Source: an uncultured Burkholderiales bacterium (GTDB lineage Bacteria > Actinomycetota > Acidimicrobiia > IMCC26256 > JAMXLJ01). From it: 64,000 nt of DNA. Below the pieces are notes generated by a model that worked only from the letters and a program-made list of their open reading frames with translations, was not told the DNA's origin and did no database searches. The stretch spans positions 18,905-82,904 of the forward strand of contig CAZJSY010000001.1 of assembly GCA_964548555.1 (NCBI GenBank), written 5' to 3'. Shown here one piece after another: positions 8,705 through 17,670 of the stretch (position 1 is its first letter; every line of letters begins with the position of its first letter). The translations under genes were made by a program, and so were the position numbers.

Positions 8705-10240
8705 GTGACGCACACGCAGATAACGCAGGCGGACATGAACTGGTTCGCCGTGCTCGCCCACCACGCGACCCGCACGCCCGACAAGGCGATCACGGTCTTC
8801 GAGGGCGAGGTCACGACGTACGGGGAGATGGTCACGTGCGCAGCGGCGTTGGCAGCGGGGCTGCACGAACGGGGTGTCGGCGCGGGGGATGTCGTCGCGC
8901 TGCTCTCGTACAACTGCCCCGAGTTCCTGGAGACCGTCTTCGCCGCGAACTACCTCGGCGCAATCGCGATGCCGATCAACTGGCGCCTCGCCGCGCCGGA
9001 GGTGCGGTACATCCTCGAACATTCCGAAGCACGCGCGATCGTGTGCGACGACACATTGATCGACCTCGCCGACGAAGCGACCAAGGGCATGGAAGCCACC
9101 CTGTTGCGGGCGTGCGTCACCGCGCCGGCACCGGACACGTGGACATCGCTGGCCGAGCTGCGCATCGCGTCCAACGTGCCACCGCGTGCACGCGTCGCCG
9201 GCGACGACGTTCATCGGCTGATGTACACCTCCGGCACCACCGGGCGCCCGAAGGGCGTGATGATCACCCACGCCAACTTGGCGTGGAAGAACATTGCCCA
9301 CATCGTCGAGTTCGGCTTCACGAGCGCCGACCTCGGCCTTGCATGCGGGCCCCTCTATCACGTTGGTGCGCTCGACCTCACGACCACGTCGCTGATCGCC
9401 GCGGGTGCGACGACCATCATCCACCGCGTCTTCGACGCAGCTGCGGTCGTCGACGAGCTCGAGCGATCGCACGTGAGCACCGTGTGGCTGGCGCCGGCCA
9501 TGGTCAACGCGATCATGGCCTTGCCCGACGTCGAGCAGCGCGACCTGTCGTCGGTGCGGTTGATCGTCAACGGCGGCGAGAAGATGCCGATCCCGCTCAT
9601 CGAACGGATCCAGCGCACCTTTCCGTCCGCGTGGTTCGCCGACGCCTACGGGCTCACCGAGACGGTCTCCGGTGACACCTTTCTCGACCGCGACAGCATC
9701 GTGACGAAGCTCGGCAGCGTCGGTCGTCCGTGCCTCTACCTCGAGCTCGACATCTGGGACGACGCGGGGCGACCGCTGCCGGCCGGAGAGCGCGGCGAGA
9801 TCGTCATGCGCGGCCCCAAGGTGTTCAAGGGCTACTGGCGTGATGCCGGCGCGACGGCGACCGCGTTCGCGGGCGGCTGGTTTCACACCGGGGACATCGG
9901 GGTCCGCGACGACGACGGCTATCTCTACATCGTCGACCGGCTCAAGGACATGATCGTGTCGGGCGGCGAGAACATCGCCGGCTCCGAGGTCGAACGCGTG
10001 CTGTACGAGCATCCTGCGGTGCTCGAAGCCGCGGTGATCGGGCGTCGTGACGATCGCTGGGGTGAGGTGCCCGTGGCGTTCGTCGCATTGCGGCCGAGCG
10101 TGACAGCGAACGTGGATGAGCTGATCGAGCACTGCCGTGCCCAGCTCGCGCGCTTCAAGGTCCCGAAGGACATCACGTTCGTCGACGCGCTGCCCCGGAA
10201 CCCGTCCGGCAAGGTGCTCAAACGCGAGCTCCGAGACTGA
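8705..10240 (+). CDS. AMP-dependent acyl-CoA synthetase/ligase
   Basis: YTSGTTGRPKGV AMP-binding signature, GWFHTGD, and C-terminal PRNPSGKVLKRELR. Confidence 0.9.
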   Translation: MTHTQITQADMNWFAVLAHHATRTPDKAITVFEGEVTTYGEMVTCAAALAAGLHERGVGAGDVVALLSYNCPEFLETVFAANYLGAIAMPINWRLAAPEVRYILEHSEARAIVCDDTLIDLADEATKGMEATLLRACVTAPAPDTWTSLAELRIASNVPPRARVAGDDVHRLMYTSGTTGRPKGVMITHANLAWKNIAHIVEFGFTSADLGLACGPLYHVGALDLTTTSLIAAGATTIIHRVFDAAAVVDELERSHVSTVWLAPAMVNAIMALPDVEQRDLSSVRLIVNGGEKMPIPLIERIQRTFPSAWFADAYGLTETVSGDTFLDRDSIVTKLGSVGRPCLYLELDIWDDAGRPLPAGERGEIVMRGPKVFKGYWRDAGATATAFAGGWFHTGDIGVRDDDGYLYIVDRLKDMIVSGGENIAGSEVERVLYEHPAVLEAAVIGRRDDRWGEVPVAFVALRPSVTANVDELIEHCRAQLARFKVPKDITFVDALPRNPSGKVLKRELRD

Positions 10241-10272
10241 TCTCCTGCAGGATCTGATTCACACTGCCGCCA

Positions 10273-11730
10273 TCAGCGCGAACGCCACTGCGGTTCGTCG
10301 TCGCCGTAGAAGGCGGGTGAACCGGGCCAGGACAACGCGCGGTCGCCGATGCGTCCCGGCGGCGCGACGACAGTGGCCGTGCCCTTCTGCCCCGAGATAT
10401 CGACGATCCACGAGTGCGGTTTCACCGCGGGATCGCGCCGCCCTGACGTCGTTGTGGAACGGTTCGGCGAAGCCGCCAACCACCACGCGGTCCGGGCCAA
10501 CGAGAGCTGACGCACATGGGTTCCGCCGTCGCGCATCTGCCGACGCAGTCCGTCGAGCGCCGCCGCGGCCGCCAGGTATCCGGTGCCGTGGTCGAGCAGC
10601 TGACAGGGGAGCGCGCCCGGCGTTTTCCCGTCGGTCGACTCGGCGACCGCGATGCCCGTTGCGGCTTGGACGATGCTGTCGAAGCCTCGGCGGTCGGCCC
10701 ACGGCCCGGTGTGACCCCACGCATCAAGGGCGACGACCACGAGTCCGGGATGACGTTCGGCCAACGCCTCCGACGTGAGGCCGAAGTGGTGTAGCGAGCC
10801 GCGTCGGTAACCCGACACGAGTACGTCGGCGCGGTCGAGGAGATCGTGCAGGAGATCGGTATCCACGTCGTGCCCGAAGTCGAGCAGCGCGCTCCGCTTG
10901 GCGAGCAATGTGTCCGAGGGCTCGCCGATTCGTCCATCGGGCAGATGCGGCGGGTCGATTCGCAGCACGTCGGCGCCCAGCGCGCCGAGAAACCGTGTGC
11001 ACACCGGCCCTGCGATAACCCTCGTGAGGTCGAGCACTCGAATGCCGCTCGCCGGGAGTTCCGCCGCCGCGCGAGCCCGCGATGCAGCGTTGCCGGCCAC
11101 GTGATGTGAGACGAGCGGCTCCGCTGCGAGGGCGCGGCCTTGTGGGTGCGACTGCCATGCCTCGAGCGTGCGAACGGCGGCGGCCACTCCACCCGAGGCG
11201 ACGATCTGTTCCTGGAGCTCATCTGCCGCACGTTGCGCGATTGCCGTCGCGACGGTGTCGACGTCATCGTCGATGTCCTCGTCGATGTCGAGCGTCCGCA
11301 GCAACGCCCTCCTGTGCCAGGGGTAGTTCGCGTGGGTGCGGATCCAGCCGTCAGCCGTTGTCCAGAAGCGTGACAACGGCGCGAACGACGCTCCTGCCGG
11401 ATGGCCGCGCCAACGAAAGAACTGCTCGCTCCGGACCGCAGCGGCGACATGTTCCCGGTCGAGGCCCAGCGGTGAGCGTGTGCCGCCGCGCTGTTGATCG
11501 AGCGCGTCGGCGGCCGCGAGCGCCGCGCTCACGCAGGCGAGAGCGACCTCCTCAACCGGAAGCCGGGCCGGCAGCTGACCAGGCGCGCCGGTCACCTCCA
11601 CCGGAGGTGGAGGGCCGTCTGCGGACACGACGGCCTTCCACGCCTGCTCGTACGACCGGGCCGCGTCCTGTATCACTGGTCCAATCGTGCACGATCGGAC
11701 GCGCGCCGCGCACCGTGTGGCGGTGGCCAT
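10273..11730 (-). CDS. Family III CoA-transferase (CaiB/BaiF-like) with long N-terminal extension
   Basis: The RVLDLTRVIAGPVCTRFLGALGADVLRIDPP motif, normally near residue 10, sits at about residue 225. RGFDSIVQA carries the candidate catalytic Asp. Confidence 0.8.
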   Translation of the reverse strand: MATATRCAARVRSCTIGPVIQDAARSYEQAWKAVVSADGPPPPVEVTGAPGQLPARLPVEEVALACVSAALAAADALDQQRGGTRSPLGLDREHVAAAVRSEQFFRWRGHPAGASFAPLSRFWTTADGWIRTHANYPWHRRALLRTLDIDEDIDDDVDTVATAIAQRAADELQEQIVASGGVAAAVRTLEAWQSHPQGRALAAEPLVSHHVAGNAASRARAAAELPASGIRVLDLTRVIAGPVCTRFLGALGADVLRIDPPHLPDGRIGEPSDTLLAKRSALLDFGHDVDTDLLHDLLDRADVLVSGYRRGSLHHFGLTSEALAERHPGLVVVALDAWGHTGPWADRRGFDSIVQAATGIAVAESTDGKTPGALPCQLLDHGTGYLAAAAALDGLRRQMRDGGTHVRQLSLARTAWWLAASPNRSTTTSGRRDPAVKPHSWIVDISGQKGTATVVAPPGRIGDRALSWPGSPAFYGDDEPQWRSR

Positions 11731-11778
11731 CCGTTCGGTACGTCCATTGCGATCAGACGGCAGTCTCCGACGCGCCGT

Positions 11779-12441
11779 TTACGTCTGAGTACTGGTGGAT
11801 GGCACCACGCGGAAACTCGCTTGAGCCCTCGTGCCCTGATTGCCGCTCGCGATCACGTTGTAGGTGCCGATCGGGCTGCTCGGGGACGTCTGGTAGGTGC
11901 CGCCTGCCGCGCCGTCGGTTGTCGCGACGTGCGGCGGACCGGTGAACTTCGTGGTCGGTGAATCGATCTCGAACGTGATGATCTCGCCGCTCTTGGCGCC
12001 GGTCAGTCGCAGTTGGAAGCCCCGGCCGGCCGCGCCCTCCGGCGGTGTGACCACCAAAACGAGTGGCGGGGCGGGCGGGATGACGAGGAGCTGTCCTTCG
12101 GCGATGTGGTTCGGATCCGCGAGGTGGTTCGCGCTGACGATCGTGTCGATCGAGACGTGAAAACGGGCGGCGATGGTTCCCAAGGCCTCGCCTCGCTTCA
12201 CCCGGTAGGTGACCGGCGGGGTCGTCGTCGTGCTTGCGGGTGCGATGGTGGTCGTCGAGGCCGGGCGCCGGGCCGTCTTGTGCGAACTCCGGTTCGGTGA
12301 CGTCGAGCAACCGGCCAGCACCGTGATACCGGCCATGACAGCAGCAAGGCTGGAGAGCAGCGTCCGCGGGCGCGTCCCCGTGGACCCGTTCACTTGGCTT
12401 CGCCCGTCCCCGTTCGTGCGACTCGGCGTGACTGCCCGCAT
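11779..12441 (-). CDS. LysM-domain lipoprotein
   Basis: Internal ATG at 12441. Lipobox LAGC. LysM-like YRVKRGEALGTIAARFHVSIDTIVSANHL. The longer 420-aa ORF overlaps the TetR gene and was rejected. Confidence 0.7.
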   Translation of the reverse strand: MRAVTPSRTNGDGRSQVNGSTGTRPRTLLSSLAAVMAGITVLAGCSTSPNRSSHKTARRPASTTTIAPASTTTTPPVTYRVKRGEALGTIAARFHVSIDTIVSANHLADPNHIAEGQLLVIPPAPPLVLVVTPPEGAAGRGFQLRLTGAKSGEIITFEIDSPTTKFTGPPHVATTDGAAGGTYQTSPSSPIGTYNVIASGNQGTRAQASFRVVPSTSTQT

Positions 12442-12464
12442 CGTACGACCGCTGCCCCGCGGGG

Positions 12465-13034
12465 TTATCCGGTTCGATTCTCGAGCCCGGGCCAGGCCAG
12501 ATCCAAGAGGCGATCCACTCCGCCTCTGCCGGTCGCGCGGTGCCCCACGAGGAGACGGAGCCAGAGCGGACCATAGAGCAGGTCGAGCGCGTCGTCGACG
12601 TCGAGGTCGGGCCGAAGGTCGCCGTTGGCGATGCCTCGTTCGAGCGTGCCGGCTCCTCGTGCCCTGCGGTGAGCGAAGAATCTCGTCCGGAACTCCTCGG
12701 CCAGATCGGGGTCTCCCTGAGAATCGGCGACAAGCTCCCGGATGAGGTCTCCCTGTCGTGAGGCGAACATCCGCGCGACACGACGCATCTGGAGACGGAG
12801 GGCCTCTCGCGTCGACTCCGGTGCATCGGCGGGTTCGGGGTCGGTGAGCTCGATGAGCGCGTCCATGATGACGGCCGATTTGGAGGGCCACCACCGATAG
12901 ATCGTCTGCTTGCCGACGCCCGCTTCGGCTGCGATGGCATCGACGGTCACCGCCCTCGGGCCGAGCTCGCAGACGAGGTCGGCGGCCGCGCTCAGTACAC
13001 GACGTCGAGCGTCCTCGTCGCGCGTGCGAGCCAT
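12465..13034 (-). CDS. TetR/AcrR family transcriptional regulator
   Basis: HTH TVDAIAAEAGVGKQTIYRWWPSK. Divergent from the SDR at 13152. Confidence 0.85.
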   Translation of the reverse strand: MARTRDEDARRRVLSAAADLVCELGPRAVTVDAIAAEAGVGKQTIYRWWPSKSAVIMDALIELTDPEPADAPESTREALRLQMRRVARMFASRQGDLIRELVADSQGDPDLAEEFRTRFFAHRRARGAGTLERGIANGDLRPDLDVDDALDLLYGPLWLRLLVGHRATGRGGVDRLLDLAWPGLENRTG

Positions 13035-13062
13035 GACACAAATCTACCGAGCGACGGGAATA

Positions 13063-13112
13063 CGAGACAGCTGGTCTTGGTTATGTCGCCCATCCCGAGA
13101 CTCACAGTCTCG
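13063..13112. promoter_or_regulatory. Two related inverted repeats: CGAGAC-N5-GTCTTG (13063-13079) and CGAGACT-CAC-AGTCTCG (13096-13112)
   Basis: Located in the divergent TetR (13034) / SDR (13152) intergenic region. The second repeat is a perfect 7-bp inverted repeat. Confidence 0.55.
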
Positions 13113-13151
13113 TTATGCGATGTACGACCAGCTGGGGCGAAAGGACATGAC

Positions 13152-13898
13152 ATGCGTGACCTCACAGGAAAGAGCGCTCTCGTGACCGGCGCCACGAGTG
13201 GCATCGGCAAGGCGACCGCGTTCGCATTGGCGGCAGCCGGCGCAAACGTCGTGGTCAGCGGACGCGACAAGGACAAGGGACAGAACGTGGTCGATGCCAT
13301 CCGTGCGACCGGCGGCTCCGCGACCTTCATCCCCGCCGATCTCGTCGATGCAGCCGCGGCTACGGATCTCGCTGCACGGGCCACCGACGCGCTCGACGGA
13401 AGGGTCGACATCCTGATCAACAGTGCAGGCGTTTTCCCCTTCGGACCCTCACCTTCCTTCGACGAAGCAACCGTGGACGCGGTCTATGCCGTGAACGTGA
13501 AGGGGCCATGGTTCCTCGTCGCTGCGCTCGCTCCCGCGATGGCCGAGCGGGGGAGTGGCGTCATCGTGAACGTCACGACGATGGTCGCCGGTTTCGGCGT
13601 CGACGGCATGGCGTTGTACGGCTCGAGCAAGGCCGCGCTGGAGCTCCTGACGAAGTCGTGGGCAGCGGAGTTTGGCCCCCACGGTGTGCGGGTGAACGCC
13701 ATCAGCCCCGGACCCACACGGACCGAGGGAACGGCAGGCATGGGCGACGCGCTGGATCGGCTGGCGTCGCTGGCTCCGGCCGGCCGTCCGGCCACGCCAG
13801 AGGAGATCGCCGCTGGCATCGTCTTCCTCGCGAGCGACGACTCGAGCTTCGTGCACGGCGCCGTGCTCGCTGCCGACGGCGGTCGCGCCGCGACCTGA
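13152..13898 (+). CDS. SDR family oxidoreductase
   Basis: ATG preceded by GAAAGGA. ALVTGATSGIGKA and YGSSKAA motifs. Confidence 0.9.
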   Translation: MRDLTGKSALVTGATSGIGKATAFALAAAGANVVVSGRDKDKGQNVVDAIRATGGSATFIPADLVDAAAATDLAARATDALDGRVDILINSAGVFPFGPSPSFDEATVDAVYAVNVKGPWFLVAALAPAMAERGSGVIVNVTTMVAGFGVDGMALYGSSKAALELLTKSWAAEFGPHGVRVNAISPGPTRTEGTAGMGDALDRLASLAPAGRPATPEEIAAGIVFLASDDSSFVHGAVLAADGGRAAT

Positions 13899-13917
13899 AG
13901 CGGTTGCCAACGCCGAC

Positions 13918-13960
13918 GTGCGCTCGCCGCTATCACGCGAAGCGCACTCGGTGTAGTGCG
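13918..13960. terminator. Overlapping hairpins between convergent genes
   Basis: GTGCGCT (13918-24) pairs with AGCGCAC (13941-47). CGCACT (13943-48) pairs with AGTGCG (13955-60). No U-tract. Confidence 0.4.
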
Positions 13961-13965
13961 AACAC

Positions 13966-14871
13966 TCACATGAGGTCGGAAGCGAGGCGTTCGGCTCGCG
14001 CGAGCCAGTTGGCGCGCGTGGACGCGGGCACCTCCACGGGCACCTGCGTGACGCCGAGCTCACCGAGCGCGGCGATCTCGTCCCGCAAACGACCACGGTC
14101 GGCTTCGCTGCCGAACATTGTCAGCGACATCGGTGCGAAGCAGATGTCGAACGGCTCTGTGCGCCCGAGCTCCGTCGCGTACGTACGCGCCCGTTCGAGG
14201 CGGGTGGCGAGCTCGTCGAGCGTCTCGAGCTTTGGCGTCTTGGTGGCCGCGGATGCGGCTGCGGGATTCGGAAACGGACACCAGCCCTGCGCCGACTCCA
14301 CCGCGCGGCGCATCGCTCGTGTGCTGTTCCCGCCGATCCAGATCGGCGGGTGGGGTTCCTGCACGGGCCGCGGTCGCATGGTCGTGCCACGCGAGCGAAA
14401 GTGCCGGCCCGTGTAGGCGACACGATCTTCGGTGAGGGCCAGGCGAACCACCTCGAGCGCCTCGTCGAACAACTCGTTGCGCTCGTCGAAATCGACGCCG
14501 AGTGCGTTGAACTCGCTGCGCAAGTAGCCGGCGGCCACACCCAAGGTGAGCCGGCCACCCGAGAGCGCATCCAGGCTGAGCACACTCTTGGCGGTGAGGA
14601 ACGGATTTCGATATGGCAGCACGAGGATGTGCGTCTGCACGCGAAGTCGAATCGTCGCGGCGGCCGCGAACGAGAGCGCGACGAACGGATCCAGCGCGTG
14701 GTGACCGCCGGTGTCGAGCCAGTGCTGGTCCCCGGCCGGGTGGTCGGTCACGTAGACCGCCTCGAATCCGACCTTCTCGGCGTGCTGTGCCATCTGGGCG
14801 ATCGCCGCGCCGGTGAGGAACTCCTCCGGTGCGTCGACGTTGGTCGTCGGTAAGCCAAGAGCGAATCGCAT
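13966..14871 (-). CDS. Luciferase-like (LLM class) F420-dependent oxidoreductase
   Basis: 301 aa. FEAVYVTDHP, GGRLTLGVAAGY and PPIWIGGNS motifs are typical of LLM/F420 enzymes. Confidence 0.85.
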   Translation of the reverse strand: MRFALGLPTTNVDAPEEFLTGAAIAQMAQHAEKVGFEAVYVTDHPAGDQHWLDTGGHHALDPFVALSFAAAATIRLRVQTHILVLPYRNPFLTAKSVLSLDALSGGRLTLGVAAGYLRSEFNALGVDFDERNELFDEALEVVRLALTEDRVAYTGRHFRSRGTTMRPRPVQEPHPPIWIGGNSTRAMRRAVESAQGWCPFPNPAAASAATKTPKLETLDELATRLERARTYATELGRTEPFDICFAPMSLTMFGSEADRGRLRDEIAALGELGVTQVPVEVPASTRANWLARAERLASDLM

Positions 14872-14949
14872 CGGCCGGTCAGCCTAGGAGGCGCTGACCG
14901 ACCGAGTGGGATGTCCATCGCGAGACGGTCCGCTTGATGGACCGCTCCG

Positions 14950-16809
14950 TCACGGTGCGGACGTGCGGAGAAAGATCCCGACGTAGTGCGGCAGTCGCCG
15001 GAACAACTCGTCGACCCTCGCGCCCGCAGCTTGTTTCGACAGGCTTCCGGCTTGAGCCTGCGATTGCAGGCGTGCGATCTCGGCGAGAAGCGCCCCGCGT
15101 TGACCGGGGGCGACGTTTCCGACGTGCACGATCAGCTGCATGTCGGGCTTTCGCGCCAGCTTGTCGTACGCGTCGTCGTCGGCGAACGACAGCCATGCGC
15201 GAACCGCCTCGCCGTGGTACAGCCGGTATGGCCCCACCGTCTGTCCCGCCAAGGGTGTGTCGATCAGGCGCGCGGGGATCCCGGCGTGTTCCAGATAGAG
15301 CAGCGCTCCCATGCCGTATGCCCCGCTGACGAACGTGCCGGGGTCGATGACGACGACCCCCGGCCGTGCTGGAAGCGCGCTTCTCATGGGACCGAGGAGC
15401 TTCTTGAGCGTGATCGATTCGGGTCGCTGTGGCTGCGGCTCCCTGGCTGCGCTCAACGTGTTGCTGGTGGTGAGCGCCAGGATGCCGGCCACGACCAATA
15501 CGACCGGCAGTTGCACTGCCCCCCGCGACGAGGTGCGCGACAGGAACAACCACAACGCCCAGATGACGACGACGAGTGCGAGTATGCCGAGAAGCCACGT
15601 CCAACGGAGCCGGTACGCGTAGACGGGGCCGACCGTGCGAGCGACGGCCAGCACTCCCAGCAGCGCGGCGAACGAGACGATGCCCGCCAGGCCTACCGCG
15701 GGTTTCACGCCGGCTCGCCGCAACCACCACACCGCGAGCGCGAAGGGGAGGAGAAGCCATGGCACCGGGTTGTGCAAGAGGTAGTCCGGCTCTCCGGAAA
15801 AGCGACTCGATCCGTTCGGTCCCGTGATGAACTCGGGCGAGGCCGAGAACTGCTCGGCGACCGCCCGGTAGCCGTCGACGACCGTGTGCGTCTTCGCTCC
15901 TCGCTCCGGATTCACGAAGTAGCTCGCGGCCTTTCCTGCATTGCCGGGCGCGTTCCTTATGACTCCGAGCGCGGGTGGGATCCAAGCGGCGACGAGCACG
16001 ACCCCGGTGACCATCGCAGCGCGCACGAGACGCTTCGAGCCGAGCGAAGCAGCCCCGTTGTCTCGGTGTCGGCGCGCTCTCACCACGAGCAGGACAGAGC
16101 CAACGAGAAGGAGTGGAAGCGCGAGAGGAAGGTATCCGACGTGGGTCTGGACGAGGAACGTGGTGACGCCGGCGGCCAGGGGGAGTGCCCACGCCGCTCC
16201 CGCCGCGAGCTCCCACACGAGAAAGAGGAGCAAACCGAACGGAAGCACGGTCACCGAGGGGTTCCACGGGTCGCGCAGGAAATCGGCGCCCAAGGCATGC
16301 ATGAAGAACGCAAGGCCCAGCACGGTCGACAGGAACCCGGGAAAGCCTCCGCGTCGCCAGGCGATCAAGACGATTCCGACAAGGGCGGCCGCGTTGATCG
16401 TCAACGCGCCGACGTACATGCCGACCGAGTTGCCGCCGGTCAACCGGTAGGGCGCTGCGAGCAGGTAGTACAAGGCGGGCCCGAGGTGATTCCAGCCGTC
16501 GCGCGCGTACGGTCCGAGCAGCAGGAAATGTCGCCCGACGTCGCGCGTCCGCAGCTCGTTCTGCGCGTTGTCGCTCACCGAATAGAACCCGGCGCCCACA
16601 CGGAGCAACAGGACGCCGGCCGACACTGCGAGTGGCAACAACAGCAGGGCCAGCGCGAGCCACAGCGGTCTCGAGCCGTCGGATCGCGTGGGAACCGACG
16701 CCGCCCCGTGCTCTGACGCGGGCTGGAGCTCACCCGATGCGTCCGTCCGCATACCGAGCAGACTCTCCACTGACGTCCGCCGGGATCCAGCGCCCATACA
16801 ACCGGTCAC
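14950..16809 (-). CDS. Large polytopic membrane protein with C-terminal soluble domain (possible GT-C-like)
   Basis: 619 aa with more than 10 hydrophobic helices, then a soluble tail of about 170 aa. No catalytic motif recognised. Start uncertain (GTG 16809, or ATG 16797). Confidence 0.6.
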   Translation of the reverse strand: MTGCMGAGSRRTSVESLLGMRTDASGELQPASEHGAASVPTRSDGSRPLWLALALLLLPLAVSAGVLLLRVGAGFYSVSDNAQNELRTRDVGRHFLLLGPYARDGWNHLGPALYYLLAAPYRLTGGNSVGMYVGALTINAAALVGIVLIAWRRGGFPGFLSTVLGLAFFMHALGADFLRDPWNPSVTVLPFGLLLFLVWELAAGAAWALPLAAGVTTFLVQTHVGYLPLALPLLLVGSVLLVVRARRHRDNGAASLGSKRLVRAAMVTGVVLVAAWIPPALGVIRNAPGNAGKAASYFVNPERGAKTHTVVDGYRAVAEQFSASPEFITGPNGSSRFSGEPDYLLHNPVPWLLLPFALAVWWLRRAGVKPAVGLAGIVSFAALLGVLAVARTVGPVYAYRLRWTWLLGILALVVVIWALWLFLSRTSSRGAVQLPVVLVVAGILALTTSNTLSAAREPQPQRPESITLKKLLGPMRSALPARPGVVVIDPGTFVSGAYGMGALLYLEHAGIPARLIDTPLAGQTVGPYRLYHGEAVRAWLSFADDDAYDKLARKPDMQLIVHVGNVAPGQRGALLAEIARLQSQAQAGSLSKQAAGARVDELFRRLPHYVGIFLRTSAP

Positions 16810-16891
16810 GCTATACGTGGGAGCGGCGTGTATCGCGGCGTGTCAGGCCGCCCTGTCCAAACGCCTCGACACGGGTTCGTAAGCTGCCTGC

Positions 16892-17278
16892 GTGACGGTC
16901 ACGGGTGTGGCAAATCTGGCCGTGAAGGTTGCAGACCTCGACGCGGCGGTCGACTTCTACCGGCGAGCCGGTGCCCATGTCACCGACCCCGAAGCGTGGG
17001 GCGGTGGTCACCGAGCCGACGTGCACCTCGGGCCACTGCAGATCACGCTGTTCACGAAGGCGTTGTACGAGGACGACGGCGTCGAGGTGCCCGACGAGGG
17101 ATTTCTCCACATCGCGCTCTTCAGCGACAACCTCGACCGCGAGCTCGAGGGTCACGACATCGTGTGGGGTCCCGCCGTGGTGTCGGGCCCGACGTTCGGG
17201 ACGCGGCGGATCGCCTTCGTCGACGCGCCCGGCCGCATGCGCCTGGAGTTCATGGAGCAGCTGGACGACCCGCACTGA
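16892..17278 (+). CDS. VOC/glyoxalase-bleomycin-resistance family protein
   Basis: 128 aa. N-terminal VANLAVKVADLDAAVDFY and C-terminal RIAFVDAPGRMRLEFME, typical of VOC beta-alpha-beta-beta-beta modules. Confidence 0.75.
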   Translation: MTVTGVANLAVKVADLDAAVDFYRRAGAHVTDPEAWGGGHRADVHLGPLQITLFTKALYEDDGVEVPDEGFLHIALFSDNLDRELEGHDIVWGPAVVSGPTFGTRRIAFVDAPGRMRLEFMEQLDDPH

Positions 17279-17400
17279 GGAAGCCGACCGAGCGGCGAGC
17301 AGAGGGTCAGAGGCGACTCGTGTGGACAGACGCTGGGAGCGGCGTGCGGCCTCTGCGAAGATCGACGACGAGAGACCGACTGAGCGAGGGACGACACATC

Positions 17401-17652
17401 ATGCGCACACGTGCCGAGGTCCAGGCCGCGGAAGAGGAGTACTTCGACCGCTACTGGTACGTGGTGAACAGGGGGTCCGGCGCGCCGGCGGAGGGAACGT
17501 CGGCACGAGAAGCCCTGCGGCGCAAGTACGGGCCGGGCATCGAGGAGCCGGTAGGAGATCCGTTTCTCGAAGGAGAGCTGCGGGGTCGACTCGCGGCGTT
17601 GCGATGGGTTCTGGGTTCCGACTGGGGCGACGAGCCGTTGACGCCGGCGTAG
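17401..17652 (+). CDS. Hypothetical small protein (83 aa)
   Basis: ATG preceded by GAGGGA. Sits 18 nt upstream of the next gene. No family recognised. Confidence 0.4.
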   Translation: MRTRAEVQAAEEEYFDRYWYVVNRGSGAPAEGTSAREALRRKYGPGIEEPVGDPFLEGELRGRLAALRWVLGSDWGDEPLTPA

Positions 17653-17670
17653 CTGACGCGGGTCCCGACG

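Noticed and set aside
10241-10260. 10-bp palindrome TCCTGCAGGA between convergent genes, considered as a terminator.
   Set aside because: The palindrome has no loop, so a usable stem would be only about 3 bp. There is no flanking T/U tract.
12442-13041. 5' extension of ORF 11779..13041, which would make the LysM protein 420 aa.
   Set aside because: The extension overlaps the well-supported TetR gene (12465-13034) on the same strand in another frame and is Arg-rich. The signal peptide and lipobox follow the internal ATG at 12441.
14879-16716. 594-aa minus-strand ORF and 576-aa plus-strand ORF overlapping the membrane-protein gene.
   Set aside because: Both have Arg/Gly/Pro-rich, low-complexity translations. 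The 14950-16809 frame gives coherent transmembrane helices.
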